DNA of 64,000 bases. It comes from Terriglobia bacterium. Lineage in GTDB: Bacteria > Acidobacteriota > Terriglobia > 20CM-2-55-15. The notes under the pieces are model-generated. The model was given only the letters and a program-made list of their open reading frames with translations, did no database searches and was not told the origin of the DNA. A program made the position numbers and the translations under genes. The DNA is taken from NCBI GenBank assembly GCA_965198225.1, contig CBDAOY010000008.1:672001-736000 (forward strand). The letters are read 5' to 3'. Positions 9,933 to 22,408 of this stretch are shown here, piece by piece. Numbering within the stretch: the stretch's first letter is position 1; every line of letters begins with the position of its first letter.

Positions 9933-10766
9933 ATGGGAAAGCGGAAAATCCGAGTCGCTCATAGTCCGGACTCTGACGACGCGTTCATGTTCTATGCTCT
10001 GGCTACCCGCAAGATCGACACCGGAGACCTCTCTTACAAACACACCCTGAGCGACATCGAGACGCTCAACCGCAAAGCAATGGACGGCGAGTTCGAGGTG
10101 TCGGCAATTTCGTTTCACGCCTACGCGCACCTGGCCGATAAATACGCGCTGCTTTCCTGCGGAGGAAGCGTCGGTCGGAACTACGGGCCGGTCGTGGTTT
10201 CTCCGAAGCCCCTGCGTCGGGACCGGCTGTCGCGCAAGAGGGTGGCCGTACCCGGGGAACTCACGACTGCGTTTCTGGTACTGCGTCTGTTCAATCCGGA
10301 CATCGAATGTGAAGTTGTGCCGTTCGATCAGATCCAGGAAGAACTGACCCGCGGAGAGTTCGACGTCGGTCTTCTCATACATGAAGGACAGCTCAGCTAT
10401 CGGGAAGAAGGGTTTTACAAGGTAGTCGACCTCGGGGAATGGTGGCTCCAGCAGACCGGCCTGCCGCTGCCGCTCGGAGGCAATATCATCCGTAGAGACC
10501 TGGGAACGACGCTGATGAAGCAGGTTTCCGGGCACATCGGCGAGAGCATCCGCTACGGGCTGGAGCACCGGCAGGAGGCCATGGAGTACGCACTGGAGTT
10601 CGCTCGTGGTCTGGACGAACAGCGCGCGGACCGCTTCGTAGGCATGTACGTCAACGAGCTGACGCTCGACTACGGAGTGGAGGGAAGAAAAGCCATACGC
10701 AAGCTCTTCAGCGAAGCGCACAAGAAAGGCTTGATTCCCAAACCGAAAAAGCTGACGTTTGTGTAA
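9933..10766 (+). CDS. mqnD: MqnD-type 1,4-dihydroxy-6-naphthoate synthase (futalosine pathway)
   Basis: AHSPDSDDAFMFYAL, DIETLN, YGPVVV, LLIHEGQL, PLPLGG. Confidence 0.85.
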   Translation: MGKRKIRVAHSPDSDDAFMFYALATRKIDTGDLSYKHTLSDIETLNRKAMDGEFEVSAISFHAYAHLADKYALLSCGGSVGRNYGPVVVSPKPLRRDRLSRKRVAVPGELTTAFLVLRLFNPDIECEVVPFDQIQEELTRGEFDVGLLIHEGQLSYREEGFYKVVDLGEWWLQQTGLPLPLGGNIIRRDLGTTLMKQVSGHIGESIRYGLEHRQEAMEYALEFARGLDEQRADRFVGMYVNELTLDYGVEGRKAIRKLFSEAHKKGLIPKPKKLTFV

Positions 10767-10823
10767 AGAAGTGACAGGTGACGAGTGACAAGTGAGGAGT
10801 CAGAATCGCGGCACGACGATGCT

Positions 10824-10848
10824 GTGTAGGTGCGGTCTATGACCGCAC
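10824..10848 (+). repeat. GTAG-type REP, family A
   Basis: GTGTAGGTGCGGTCTATGACCGCAC. Confidence 0.75.
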
Positions 10849-10889
10849 ACCGCTTCGGATTGCTTGAGTGGACGCGATCATGGAGCGCC

Positions 10890-11375
10890 GTGGACGAAGA
10901 AACCCGGAAACAACAGGCCGAGGATCTCTTTCAACAGGCCTACCAGCACCAGTCTAACGGCGAGCTGGAAGAAGCCGTCCGTCTCTACCGACAGTCCATC
11001 GCTCTCTTTCCCACCGCCGAGGCGCACACGTTTCTGGGCTGGACGTACTCTCACATGAGCCGGCTCGATGACGCGATCGAGGAATGTCGCAAGGCGATCG
11101 AGCTCGATCCGGACTTCGGCAACCCCTATAACGACATCGGCGCCTACCTTATGCAGAAAGGGGAAATCGACGAGGCGATTCCCTGGTTTGAACAAGCGCT
11201 CCATGCCAGCCGCTACGAGAGCTACTGTTTCCCTCACATGAATCTCGGGCGCGCCTACGAGCACAAACGACTCTGGCTGCGCGCGTTGGCTTCCTACCGC
11301 CGAGCGATCGCGGAAAAGCCCGACTACAACCCCGCCTTGGAGGGAATCGCCCGCATTCGCGGATACCTCAACTAG
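10890..11375 (+). CDS. Tetratricopeptide repeat protein
   Basis: AEAHTFLGW...AIEECRKAIELDPDFGNPYNDIG; about 4 TPRs; GTG start behind GGAG. Confidence 0.9.
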   Translation: MDEETRKQQAEDLFQQAYQHQSNGELEEAVRLYRQSIALFPTAEAHTFLGWTYSHMSRLDDAIEECRKAIELDPDFGNPYNDIGAYLMQKGEIDEAIPWFEQALHASRYESYCFPHMNLGRAYEHKRLWLRALASYRRAIAEKPDYNPALEGIARIRGYLN

Positions 11376-11425
11376 TTTTCTCGCAACGTCCCGAATGGCG
11401 AGGTCTGAACCACGAAAGCACCAAA

Positions 11426-11472
11426 TCCGTAGATGTTGGGTAGTCGGCAATTCAGTCCACAACATTTAGTGG
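11426..11472. promoter_or_regulatory. Tandem NrdR boxes
   Basis: TCCGTAGATGTTGGGT (11426) and CCACAACATTTAGTGG (11457), 31 bp apart, resembling acaCwAtATaTwGtg, upstream of an RNR gene. Confidence 0.75.
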
Positions 11473-11580
11473 TTTGGGGTGGACCAGAGTTGTCCCTCCC
11501 TCGGCTGAAAGTGGGGAGCGCATTGAACGCGGCAACCTAGCAACCGACGGCAATAGGCGATAACCTTGGAGGGGAACGAG

Positions 11581-14316
<2,736 letters not shown>

Positions 14317-14402
14317 CGGTTCGCTGGACCAGGCAGTAGCGGATGTCGAAACATTCGGATCTGAAAAAGTAGTTCCCAGTTCCTGAAATGTGCGGTATTG
14401 AG

Positions 14403-14430
14403 AGGGCGCTCCTTTTGGAGCGCCCTTTCT
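14403..14430 (+). terminator. Rho-independent terminator after nrdJ
   Basis: AGGGCGCTCC-TTTT-GGAGCGCCCT followed by TTCT. Confidence 0.65.
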
Positions 14431-14503
14431 GTTGACGGTACGGTATGTGTCTTGCCGTAACGGCCGGTAACGGGCGGCGACAACAACACCAGAGAGGTTC
14501 TAG

Positions 14504-15214
14504 ATGGCACCGGAATCAAAGCCCGGAAGCGGGCGGTCGAGCAAATACGTCTTCAATCCACTGGAGTTCGAACGAATCCCACCCGAAGAGGGGAAGCAGC
14601 GGGTCGCGGCGCTGTACGACACGTTGCGGCACCGGCGTAGCGTTCGGGACTTTTCCTCCGACCCGGTGCCTCTGGAACTCGTCCGGGAGTGCGTTCGGGT
14701 CGGCGGTACTGCGCCGTCGGGTGCAAACATCCAGCCCTGGCATTTCGTGATCGTTTCCGACCCTGAGACCAAGCGCCAGATCCGACTGGCCGCCGAGAAG
14801 GAAGAGCGTGAAAACTACGATCGGCGTTTTCCGAAAGAGTGGTTAGAAGCGCTCGCCCCCCTCGGCACCGACTGGCACAAGGAGTTCCTGGAGATCGTTC
14901 CGCACCTTATCGTCGTATTTCGGATCGACTATGGCGTCGGAGAGAGCGCCGAGGAGCGGGCGTTCAAGAAGAAACACTATTATGTGATGGAGTCGGTCGG
15001 TATTGCCGTCGGAATGCTGCTTACAGCAATTCACGCCGCCGGTCTGGTCACGCTCACACACACTCCAAGCCCGATGGGTTTCCTGCGCGACATCCTTAGT
15101 CGCCCGAAGAACGAAACCCCGTTCGTGCTCCTCCCGATCGGGTACCCTGCGAAGGATGCCGAGGTTCCCGACCTCCGGAAGAAACCCCTCGAAGAAATCT
15201 GCATCGTGAAGTAA
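14504..15214 (+). CDS. Nitroreductase-superfamily flavoprotein, iodotyrosine deiodinase-like
   Basis: RRSVRDF, APSGANIQPW, AAEKEERENY, LGTDWHKEFLE, TLTHTPSPM. Confidence 0.88.
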   Translation: MAPESKPGSGRSSKYVFNPLEFERIPPEEGKQRVAALYDTLRHRRSVRDFSSDPVPLELVRECVRVGGTAPSGANIQPWHFVIVSDPETKRQIRLAAEKEERENYDRRFPKEWLEALAPLGTDWHKEFLEIVPHLIVVFRIDYGVGESAEERAFKKKHYYVMESVGIAVGMLLTAIHAAGLVTLTHTPSPMGFLRDILSRPKNETPFVLLPIGYPAKDAEVPDLRKKPLEEICIVK

Positions 15215-15278
15215 GGCGGGCTACTGGACGCTCTCCGGGCGGCCCGGGCCTTGTCCGGCCATGTTAGGCTGTAAAGCC

Positions 15279-16676
15279 ATGATTGTGATGAAGTTTGGCG
15301 GGACTTCGATGGGTTCCGTCGACAGCATGAAAACCGCCGCGGAGGTCGTGCGTTCCTCCACCTCGTCTCATCCCGTCGTCGTGCTCTCGGCGATGGGGGG
15401 CGTGACCGACATGCTGCTCGACGCCGGCGAGCGGGCGATCGCGGGCGCCGAGGACGAACTCGGCGCCATCCTGTCGGAGGTCCGGACGAAGCACGACACC
15501 GCGATTTCGGAACTGATTCCCGACGAGCAGCGGGCGGCAGCCCTCCAGGTCCGCCTGGAGCCGATCTGGGAAGAGATGCAGAAGGTGTTCATCGGTGTCC
15601 TGCTTCTGCGCGAGTTGAGTACCCGATCCAGGGATCTTATCGGCTCGTTCGGGGAACGCCTGATCGTGCCTATTCTCGCTGAGTACCTGAGCCAGAAGGG
15701 CGACCTGGCGGAGGCGATAGACGCGCGCGGGTTCATCGTCACGAAAGAGGAAGCGGACTTTGCGTTGGTTGATTTTCCCGAGACCAAGAAGCGTTGCCTG
15801 AAGTTGAAGGAAATCGCGGACGATGGGCGTGTCCCGATCCTTACCGGCTTCATCTGCGCCACGCCGGAGGGAGTGACGACGACGCTCGGGAGGGGCGGAT
15901 CCGACTATTCGGCCTCGATCGTCGGCCACTGTGTCGAGGCCGATGAGATCCAGATATGGACCGACGTCGACGGAGTGATGACCGCCGATCCCCGGATGGT
16001 GCCCTCCGCTCAGGCCCTCCGCCAGATTTCATACAGGGAAGCGGCCGAGATGTCGTACTTCGGCGCGAAGGTTCTCCATCCGAAGATGATCATGCCCGCC
16101 GCGGACCTGAACATTCCGATTCACATCAAGAACACGTTCAACCCGAAGGGTGCGGGCACCCTGATCACGAATGAAACGCCCAAGATTCACCATGGCGTGA
16201 AAACTGTGACCTCGATCACCGGTGTCTCGCTCGTGTCGATCGAGGGTCGGGGGATGATCGGAATCCCAGGCACGGCCCAGCGGGTCTTCGCGACGATCGC
16301 ACGTCAGAAGATCAACGTCCTGATGTTCTCACAGGGATCGTCCGAGCAGCACATTTCGCTCGTCGTGGGCCGCCAGGATGGAGCGAGCACCGTCCGGGCG
16401 CTCGAGCGCGAATTCGAACCGGAGATCGAAAAGCGGCAGGTTGACCGGATCGCCAGCGTCTCCGACATCGCAATTATCGCCCTGGTTGGAGAAGGCATGA
16501 AGGCCATCCCGGGAATCGCCGCCCGGACCTTCGGCGTGCTCGGCGGAACGGCGATGAACATCCTGATGATCGCGCAGGGTTCCTCCGAACTGAACCTGTC
16601 GTTCGTCGTCGAGCAGAAAGATGCGCCGCTGGCGGTTCAGCTTATTCACGACGCGTTCGAGCTGCATTCCGTTTGA
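15279..16676 (+). CDS. lysC: Aspartate kinase with two ACT domains
   Basis: VMKFGGTS, TTLGRGGSDYSA, WTDVDGV, GAKVLHP, QGSSE twice. Confidence 0.93.
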   Translation: MIVMKFGGTSMGSVDSMKTAAEVVRSSTSSHPVVVLSAMGGVTDMLLDAGERAIAGAEDELGAILSEVRTKHDTAISELIPDEQRAAALQVRLEPIWEEMQKVFIGVLLLRELSTRSRDLIGSFGERLIVPILAEYLSQKGDLAEAIDARGFIVTKEEADFALVDFPETKKRCLKLKEIADDGRVPILTGFICATPEGVTTTLGRGGSDYSASIVGHCVEADEIQIWTDVDGVMTADPRMVPSAQALRQISYREAAEMSYFGAKVLHPKMIMPAADLNIPIHIKNTFNPKGAGTLITNETPKIHHGVKTVTSITGVSLVSIEGRGMIGIPGTAQRVFATIARQKINVLMFSQGSSEQHISLVVGRQDGASTVRALEREFEPEIEKRQVDRIASVSDIAIIALVGEGMKAIPGIAARTFGVLGGTAMNILMIAQGSSELNLSFVVEQKDAPLAVQLIHDAFELHSV

Positions 16677-16710
16677 CCGACCCGGCAGCGTTGCTGCCGG
16701 GTCGGTCAAA
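16672..16710. terminator. Perfect 18-bp hairpin after aspartate kinase
   Basis: TTTGACCGACCCGGCAGC-GTT-GCTGCCGGGTCGGTCAAA. Confidence 0.6.
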
Positions 16711-16714
16711 CGGC

Positions 16715-16755
16715 CGTAGGCCGTTGCGCGTAGGCCGTTGGGCGGCTCATTTGGC
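16715..16755. repeat. Left inverted repeat flanking the four-helix-bundle gene
   Basis: 40/41 identical to the reverse complement of 17305-17345. Confidence 0.9.
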
Positions 16756-16868
16756 GTTGCGTTCGATTTGAGCTCAACCCTGCGTTTCTCGAGTAGGCCC
16801 TTGTGGCGGCTCATGTCGTCATGAGGTAGGCTTGAGTCTGCCCTTGCCTTTTTCTGATCCTATTCCCC

Positions 16869-17252
16869 GTGAACGACTGCAAGTCGAAGAACTTCCGAGA
16901 CCTCCGCGTGTGGCAGAAGTCGCTGGAGCTGACAAAACGTGTCTACGAACTCACTGGTAGGTTTCCCACACAAGAGAAATTCGGCCTCGTAACGCAGCTA
17001 CGGCGAGCGGCGGTCTCGGTTCCCTCCAATATCGCCGAGGGCCAAGCGCGACGTAAGAACCGCGAGTTTGTCCAGTTTGTTTCGTACGCTCAAGGATCCG
17101 TCGCCGAAATCGAGACACAGCTTGTCCTCAGCGTCGAACTGGGGTTTTGTCGCGCGGAAGATGCGGCCCTCGCCCTTGATGCGGTAGTGCAAATAAAGAG
17201 GATGCTGACCGGGCTGAGGCGCGAGTTGTCCAAGAACAATTTCCGCAAGTGA
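16869..17252 (+). CDS. Four helix bundle protein (23S rRNA IVS protein / TIGR02436-like)
   Basis: FRDLRVWQKS, FPTQEKFGLVTQLRRAAVSVPSNIAEG, GSVAEIETQL. Confidence 0.93.
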   Translation: MNDCKSKNFRDLRVWQKSLELTKRVYELTGRFPTQEKFGLVTQLRRAAVSVPSNIAEGQARRKNREFVQFVSYAQGSVAEIETQLVLSVELGFCRAEDAALALDAVVQIKRMLTGLRRELSKNNFRK

Positions 17253-17304
17253 CCACCGCGAATGGGCTGCTCGATAAGCTAGGTCGAGCAGAAGCCAGCG
17301 CACA

Positions 17305-17345
17305 GCCAAATGTGCCGCCCAACGGCCTACGCGCAACGGCCTACG
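17305..17345. repeat. Right inverted repeat flanking the four-helix-bundle gene
   Basis: GCCAAATGTGCCGCCCAACGGCCTACGCGCAACGGCCTACG. Confidence 0.9.
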
Positions 17346-17382
17346 ATTCCCAGGCAAGGGCCTACGATCCCCACACAACGGT

Positions 17383-19000
17383 CTACTCATCCTCCTTCTT
17401 CGCATCTTCCAGCCCGAAGACGAGGCCTCGACGGTAGGCTTCCAGCTCGGAGCGTTCGACGTTCTTCCGAATGACGGTCGACAGGTTGGAACCGGGATCG
17501 TCGATGAAGGCGGTGATTTCGGCGATCTGCTCGTCAACTTGCGCGATCTCTTCAGTAGCATCTGACGTGGCGGACCCCGGAGGGGCCGCGGCCGCCCCCG
17601 TGTGCAGCTTCTGTTCGAGCTGTTCCTTCTGGAAAGTGAGCTCCTTGAGTTTCCACTCGTACTCGAGGGTCAGTTTTTCCCGGAGTTCCGATTCCACTGC
17701 TTCGCGGTCGAACTGGGCCGCCTTCTCCTTTTCGGAGAGCCTCGATTCGAAGGACGACTTTTCTTCGGCCCACTTCCGGGTCACGCTCGTCAGCTTTTCG
17801 TGGAGCGCCGTCTTCTCGCGCTCGGATTCTTCCAGCCGGGCCAGAAGCTCTTCACGAAAGGGCATCGAGTTCCGCGCGATCGATCTTGGCGTCGCCTTCC
17901 GCGAGTTTGCGGTTCATGTCCTCGATCGTGGAGCCCATCCGTTGTCGTTCTGTGTGCCACTCGGCGGTAGCGGATTCCATCCTCTCGACCGCTTCCGACC
18001 GCGATGCCTCGGCGGCTTTGATCCTTCCCTCCAGCTCCGCTCTCAGGGCCGTGAGCTCCGACGAGTCGATCTTGGACTTGCCGGTGGACAATGACTCTTC
18101 CAGGTGCTTCAATTTTTCGTTGGTGTCCTCGCGTTCGGCATCCGACCGCCGCTTCTCTGCCGCGAGCTGCTCCCCGGCCGCCTTCAAACGCTTTGCCTCT
18201 ACGGCGATTTGAGATTCGAGTTCTACGACCTGGGTCCCGAGCGCGTCGCGTTCGACCTGAAGACCTTTCTGCTCGGCTTGAAGCCTGTCGATTTCCTTCC
18301 GTTGGTCCGGAGACCGGGTCGCGGGTCCTGCGGCTTCGGCGGCGCCCCCGGGCTTCTTCAGCCGCGAAATCTCCAGGTGCAGTCGACCTCGCTCGCGATC
18401 CCACTCCTGCTCAGCCTCTCTGAGTTTCTCGCCAGACTCCGTTTCGACCTGGCGCGCACGCGCCTCCAGCTCAGCCTGGTATTTCGACTCCAGTCGGTCG
18501 GTGGATCTTGTGGGATTTGCGGACCGTTCCAGCGTTTCTATAACCTGTGACTCGAGCTTGGACAACTTTCCGTGCAGCTCTTGGCGCTCCGTCTCCCACC
18601 GCGCCCTGGCTTCCCGGAGTTCCCGTTCGGCTTGGTGGCTGCTTTTTTCGGCCTCTTCGACCTGGGCCTGCATCTCGCCCGAGGATTCGGCCGGTCGGGC
18701 CCGGCGGGCGTCGCTGCGGGCCTTCTGGACGGACTGTTCGAGCTGGTCGATTTCGGAGTTGAGTCTTCTGCGTTCGCCGCGCCAGCGTTCGGAAGCGTCC
18801 TCGAAATCTTCTTCGAGCTTGGCCTTCTGACGTTTCGACTCGCGCAGCTTGATGGCGAACTCGTCCTGGACCTCTTCAGTGACCTTGACCCGAGTCACTT
18901 CTTTCGCCTCGATCAGCGCGGCCTCCAGCCTGCGGATCTCAGCGTTGAGTCGTTTCCGTTCGGTCTGCCAATCGGCGTCTGTTTGAATCTCTTCTTCCAT
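17383..19000 (-). pseudogene. Long coiled-coil protein split by a frameshift (ORFs 17852-19000 and 17383-17865)
   Basis: E/R/K-rich repeats WxxERxxL in both parts; removing one T at 17857-17859 gives continuous ELDALREELLARLE. Confidence 0.65.
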
Positions 19001-19233
19001 CTGGCCCAGGCCTGCAGACGCCTACTCGAACCCAGTTGTTTGAGAGGGTGTTGTCCCGGTTGATGTGCCGGCGCCCTTTCCAACATGCCCCACCTGGAGG
19101 GCGATAACCTGTCGAGATTCGAGCTCCCCGTCCGCGGCAATGGTAGATAATAACGCAGTTCCGAACGTGGCCGAAGGGCCGCTTGAGGGCGTTCCGGGTG
19201 GAGTCGGGATTTGCCGGCGGGAGGAGAGTGAAC

Positions 19234-19641
19234 GTGGCGGGTTATTCGGGAACACCGCTGATCCGGAAGCTGGGGATCAAACCGGGCTTTCGAGTCGTTT
19301 TCTTGAACGCCCCGGATAGATATCGCGAGCAGCTTGGTGATCTTCCCGAAGATGTTCAATCCAGCCAGCGTCTGGGGAAAGGGGCCGACTTCGTGCACTT
19401 CTTCACGGACAGTCGTGCTGCGCTGGAGAGACGGTTTCCGGCCCTGAAACGGGGAATCGGTCCGACCGGTATGCTGTGGGTCTCCTGGCCGAAGCGGTCG
19501 TCGGGCGTGGCAACCGACCTGGACGGCAACATCGTTCGAGAAATAGGGCTGCGCGGAGGATTGGTGGATGTCAAGGTCTGTGCCGTGGACGATGTCTGGT
19601 CCGGGCTCAAGTTCGTCTACCGGCTTGGAGACCGACGGTGA
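19234..19641 (+). CDS. DUF3052-family protein
   Basis: [41 protein letters not shown]. Confidence 0.85.
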   Translation: MAGYSGTPLIRKLGIKPGFRVVFLNAPDRYREQLGDLPEDVQSSQRLGKGADFVHFFTDSRAALERRFPALKRGIGPTGMLWVSWPKRSSGVATDLDGNIVREIGLRGGLVDVKVCAVDDVWSGLKFVYRLGDRR

Positions 19642-19664
19642 CCTCGAAGAAAAAGGAGGACTCG

Positions 19665-21344
19665 ATGGGGAGGCTCGCAGCGAACGAGAGATCGCCCCGA
19701 CAAACCATAGTTTCAGGCGCTCTGCTGCTTTTCGGCTTATTCTTTCCAGCGATGGCGCACTCCCAGGAACCGCCACCCAGGACGCGGGCGGAAGCTACCG
19801 GGTACGAAGAAACAACCCGCTACGACGAGGTCGTCACTTTCATCGACGACCTCCGGCGTGGAAGCCGCCTGGTTCACGTGGAATCGTTCGGCGAGACGGT
19901 GGAAGGGCGTTCGATGCCGTTCGTGGTGCTGGCGGACCCCCCGATCACACAGCCCAGTGAGCTCGAGGGATCCGGTAAGCCGGCCGTCTTCGTGATGGCC
20001 AACATCCACGGGGGTGAGGTCGAGGGGAAGGAGGCCCTCTTGCAGCTGGCCCGCCGGATCGTGACCGGCGAGTTGGAGGCCCTGCTCGAAGACATCGTGA
20101 TCCTGATGGCGCCCGTCTACAACGCCGACGGGAACGAACGGATCAGCCCGGAGAACCGGGCCCGGCAAAACGGCCCGATCGGAGGCGTCGGCACGCGCGT
20201 GAACGCTATGGGGCTCGATCTGAACCGCGACTACATGAAGATGGAGTCGCCCGAGGCACGAGGTTTGATCGGTCTCTTCAACCGCTGGGACCCCCACGTC
20301 ATCGTCGACCTGCATACGACGAACGGATCCCGCCACGGATACCACCTCACCTATTCGCCTCCCCTTAACCCGAATGCCGATGCCGATCTGATTGCCTACG
20401 AACGCGAGGAGATGCTCCCGTCGATTACCGGGAATCTCCTCGAGCGGCACGAGGTTCGCGCCTACTACTACGGCAATTTCGCTGCACCTCCGGGCAGCGA
20501 AGCCGAACCAGCCCCGGGGAACCGGGTCTGGCAGACCTTCGACCACCGGCCCAGGTTCGGCAACAGCTACGGCGGCCTCCGGAATCGGATTTCGATTCTT
20601 TCCGAAGCTTACAGTTACGTGGACTTCCGTGGACGGGTGGAAGCTACGGCTGCGTTTGTCGAGGAGATACTGCGTTACTCGGCGTTGCACGCCGGGGAGA
20701 TCGTCGAGCTGACCCAGCGGCTGGACGACGAGGCCACCGAGAGGGGACTGGTGAACGGGAGTGAGTTGGGCGTGCGGTTCGGCTTCGAAGCCGCGCGGGA
20801 TCCGGTCGACATCCTCGTGGCCGAGGTCCGGACAGTGACCAATCCGAGGTCCGGGGCGCAAATGACGGCCGTCATCCCGGACCGGTACGTCGCCGAGTCC
20901 ATGATCGAATACGGGACGTTCCGTCCGACCCGATTCGCGCCACTTCCAACAGCCTATGTTTTTGCGCCGGAGCCAGGGCTGGAGAGGACGCTCGACCGGC
21001 TGCAGGCCCACGGCATCACCGTCGAGGAAGCTCGGGAAGAGTTCACCCTCGAAGTCGATCTGTTTACGATCGAACGTGTCAGCCGGGCTCGCCGGGAATT
21101 TCAAGGCCACCGGGAGACGCTGCTGGACGGCGAGTTCACCAGCGAGACACGGACATTCCCTCGGGGCGCGATAGTCGTTCGAACAGCCCAGCCCCTGGCC
21201 GCGCTCGCCTTTTACCTGCTCGAGCCCGAAAGCGACGACGGCCTGGCCAACTGGAACTTCCTCGAGGACTACCTGGAAGGGAACCAGTACCCGATCTACA
21301 AGGTCACGGGCGAACTGCGGGTTGCCACCCGGATTCTTCGCTGA
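19665..21344 (+). CDS. Secreted M14 zinc carboxypeptidase
   Basis: Signal peptide; [27 protein letters not shown]; AGGAGG RBS. Confidence 0.9.
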   Translation: MGRLAANERSPRQTIVSGALLLFGLFFPAMAHSQEPPPRTRAEATGYEETTRYDEVVTFIDDLRRGSRLVHVESFGETVEGRSMPFVVLADPPITQPSELEGSGKPAVFVMANIHGGEVEGKEALLQLARRIVTGELEALLEDIVILMAPVYNADGNERISPENRARQNGPIGGVGTRVNAMGLDLNRDYMKMESPEARGLIGLFNRWDPHVIVDLHTTNGSRHGYHLTYSPPLNPNADADLIAYEREEMLPSITGNLLERHEVRAYYYGNFAAPPGSEAEPAPGNRVWQTFDHRPRFGNSYGGLRNRISILSEAYSYVDFRGRVEATAAFVEEILRYSALHAGEIVELTQRLDDEATERGLVNGSELGVRFGFEAARDPVDILVAEVRTVTNPRSGAQMTAVIPDRYVAESMIEYGTFRPTRFAPLPTAYVFAPEPGLERTLDRLQAHGITVEEAREEFTLEVDLFTIERVSRARREFQGHRETLLDGEFTSETRTFPRGAIVVRTAQPLAALAFYLLEPESDDGLANWNFLEDYLEGNQYPIYKVTGELRVATRILR

Positions 21345-21367
21345 GCGAGTCCAGCCAGCAACCCGCA

Positions 21368-21460
21368 TTTGGAGATTTCGTCATTCGAGATTCGAAACCG
21401 AAGATTGTTCGAACCGTCCCCCAATTTCAAATCTCGAATCTGCAATCTCGAATTTCCAAT
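21368..21460. repeat. Inverted heptamer arrays (ATTTCAA/ATCTCGA type)
   Basis: atttggagatttcg..attcgagattcgaa versus atttcaaatctcgaatctgcaatctcgaatttccaat, between convergent genes. Confidence 0.6.
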
Positions 21461-22002
21461 CACCGGGGCCGGTGCCTACGGAAAAACTCCTCCGATTTCC
21501 CGCGCGGGATCGACAACGTCGCCCAATCGGCCGCTCCTCGATGTTTCGCGATGTAGATGATCTGACCTACATGGGATCCGTAGTGCCACATCTGGCGGCT
21601 GATTGCTTCGACGACGGAATGGGCTTCCCCGCGGATGTGGACCGTACGGGTGAGGTCTTCGGCTCCCAGGTTTTCCAGGGCCTCGAAGAGGCAGGACCAG
21701 CCGCGATTCCACCGCTCCCTGAGCGCGTCGGAACCTTCGGCTTCGACGACGAATTCCGTGTCCCGCTTCCGACTCTCCTTCTCACCGTCCGTCGTCAGGA
21801 AGTCCGTCCATCGCGACAGCATGTTGCCGCTCAGGTGCCGGATCAGTACGGCTACGCTGTTGGCTTCGGCATCGGGAGTCCAGTAGTAGTCGTCGCCTTC
21901 GAGTTGATCCATCGCCCTTTCGGCGAGTCTCTTCATCCGTCGGAAGTCCGCGACGCTCGCCCGAAGATAATCCTCTGCAAGATTCTTTCCGCCCTCGCTC
22001 AT
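21460..22002 (-). CDS. DUF1572 / DinB-like protein
   Basis: NSVAVLIRHLSGNMLSRWTDFLTTDGEK, HYGSHVGQI, SIPRGKS. Confidence 0.9.
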   Translation of the reverse strand: MSEGGKNLAEDYLRASVADFRRMKRLAERAMDQLEGDDYYWTPDAEANSVAVLIRHLSGNMLSRWTDFLTTDGEKESRKRDTEFVVEAEGSDALRERWNRGWSCLFEALENLGAEDLTRTVHIRGEAHSVVEAISRQMWHYGSHVGQIIYIAKHRGAADWATLSIPRGKSEEFFRRHRPR

Positions 22003-22114
22003 CGTTCCTCCTCATTACTGCGATGATCGTCCTTAGGGTAATCGGAACGGTGAGGTGCTCCCCAAAATTCGGACAGGTCGCTAAGGTGTAAAATCGCTGC
22101 CTCGGGAGAGGCAG

Positions 22115-22408
22115 ATGAAGAAGAGACAGAGGAAGCAGTACAGTGCCGATCTGAAGGCGAAGATCGCGGTGGAGGCGGTGAAGGGACAGCGAACGATCCA
22201 GGAGATCGCCTCCAACTACGGGGTCCACCCGAATATGGTGACAAAGTGGAAGAAGCAGTTGCTCGATGGCGCGTCGGAGATCTTCTCGAACGGGAAAACA
22301 CAATCGATGGAAGCCGATGAAGAAGTCCGGACCGAACTTTACCAAGAGATCGGGAAGTTGCACGTCGAGGTGGATTGGTTGAAAAAAAAGCCCGGACTTT
22401 CACGTTAG
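22115..22408 (+). CDS. IS3 transposase OrfA
   Basis: RKQYSADLKAKIAVEA HTH, LYQEIGKL; A8G slippery site at 22382-22390. Confidence 0.93.
   Translation: MKKRQRKQYSADLKAKIAVEAVKGQRTIQEIASNYGVHPNMVTKWKKQLLDGASEIFSNGKTQSMEADEEVRTELYQEIGKLHVEVDWLKKKPGLSR

Noticed and set aside
16869-17252. Diversity-generating retroelement (Avd-like gene)
   Set aside because: No reverse transcriptase and no TR/VR pair in the window
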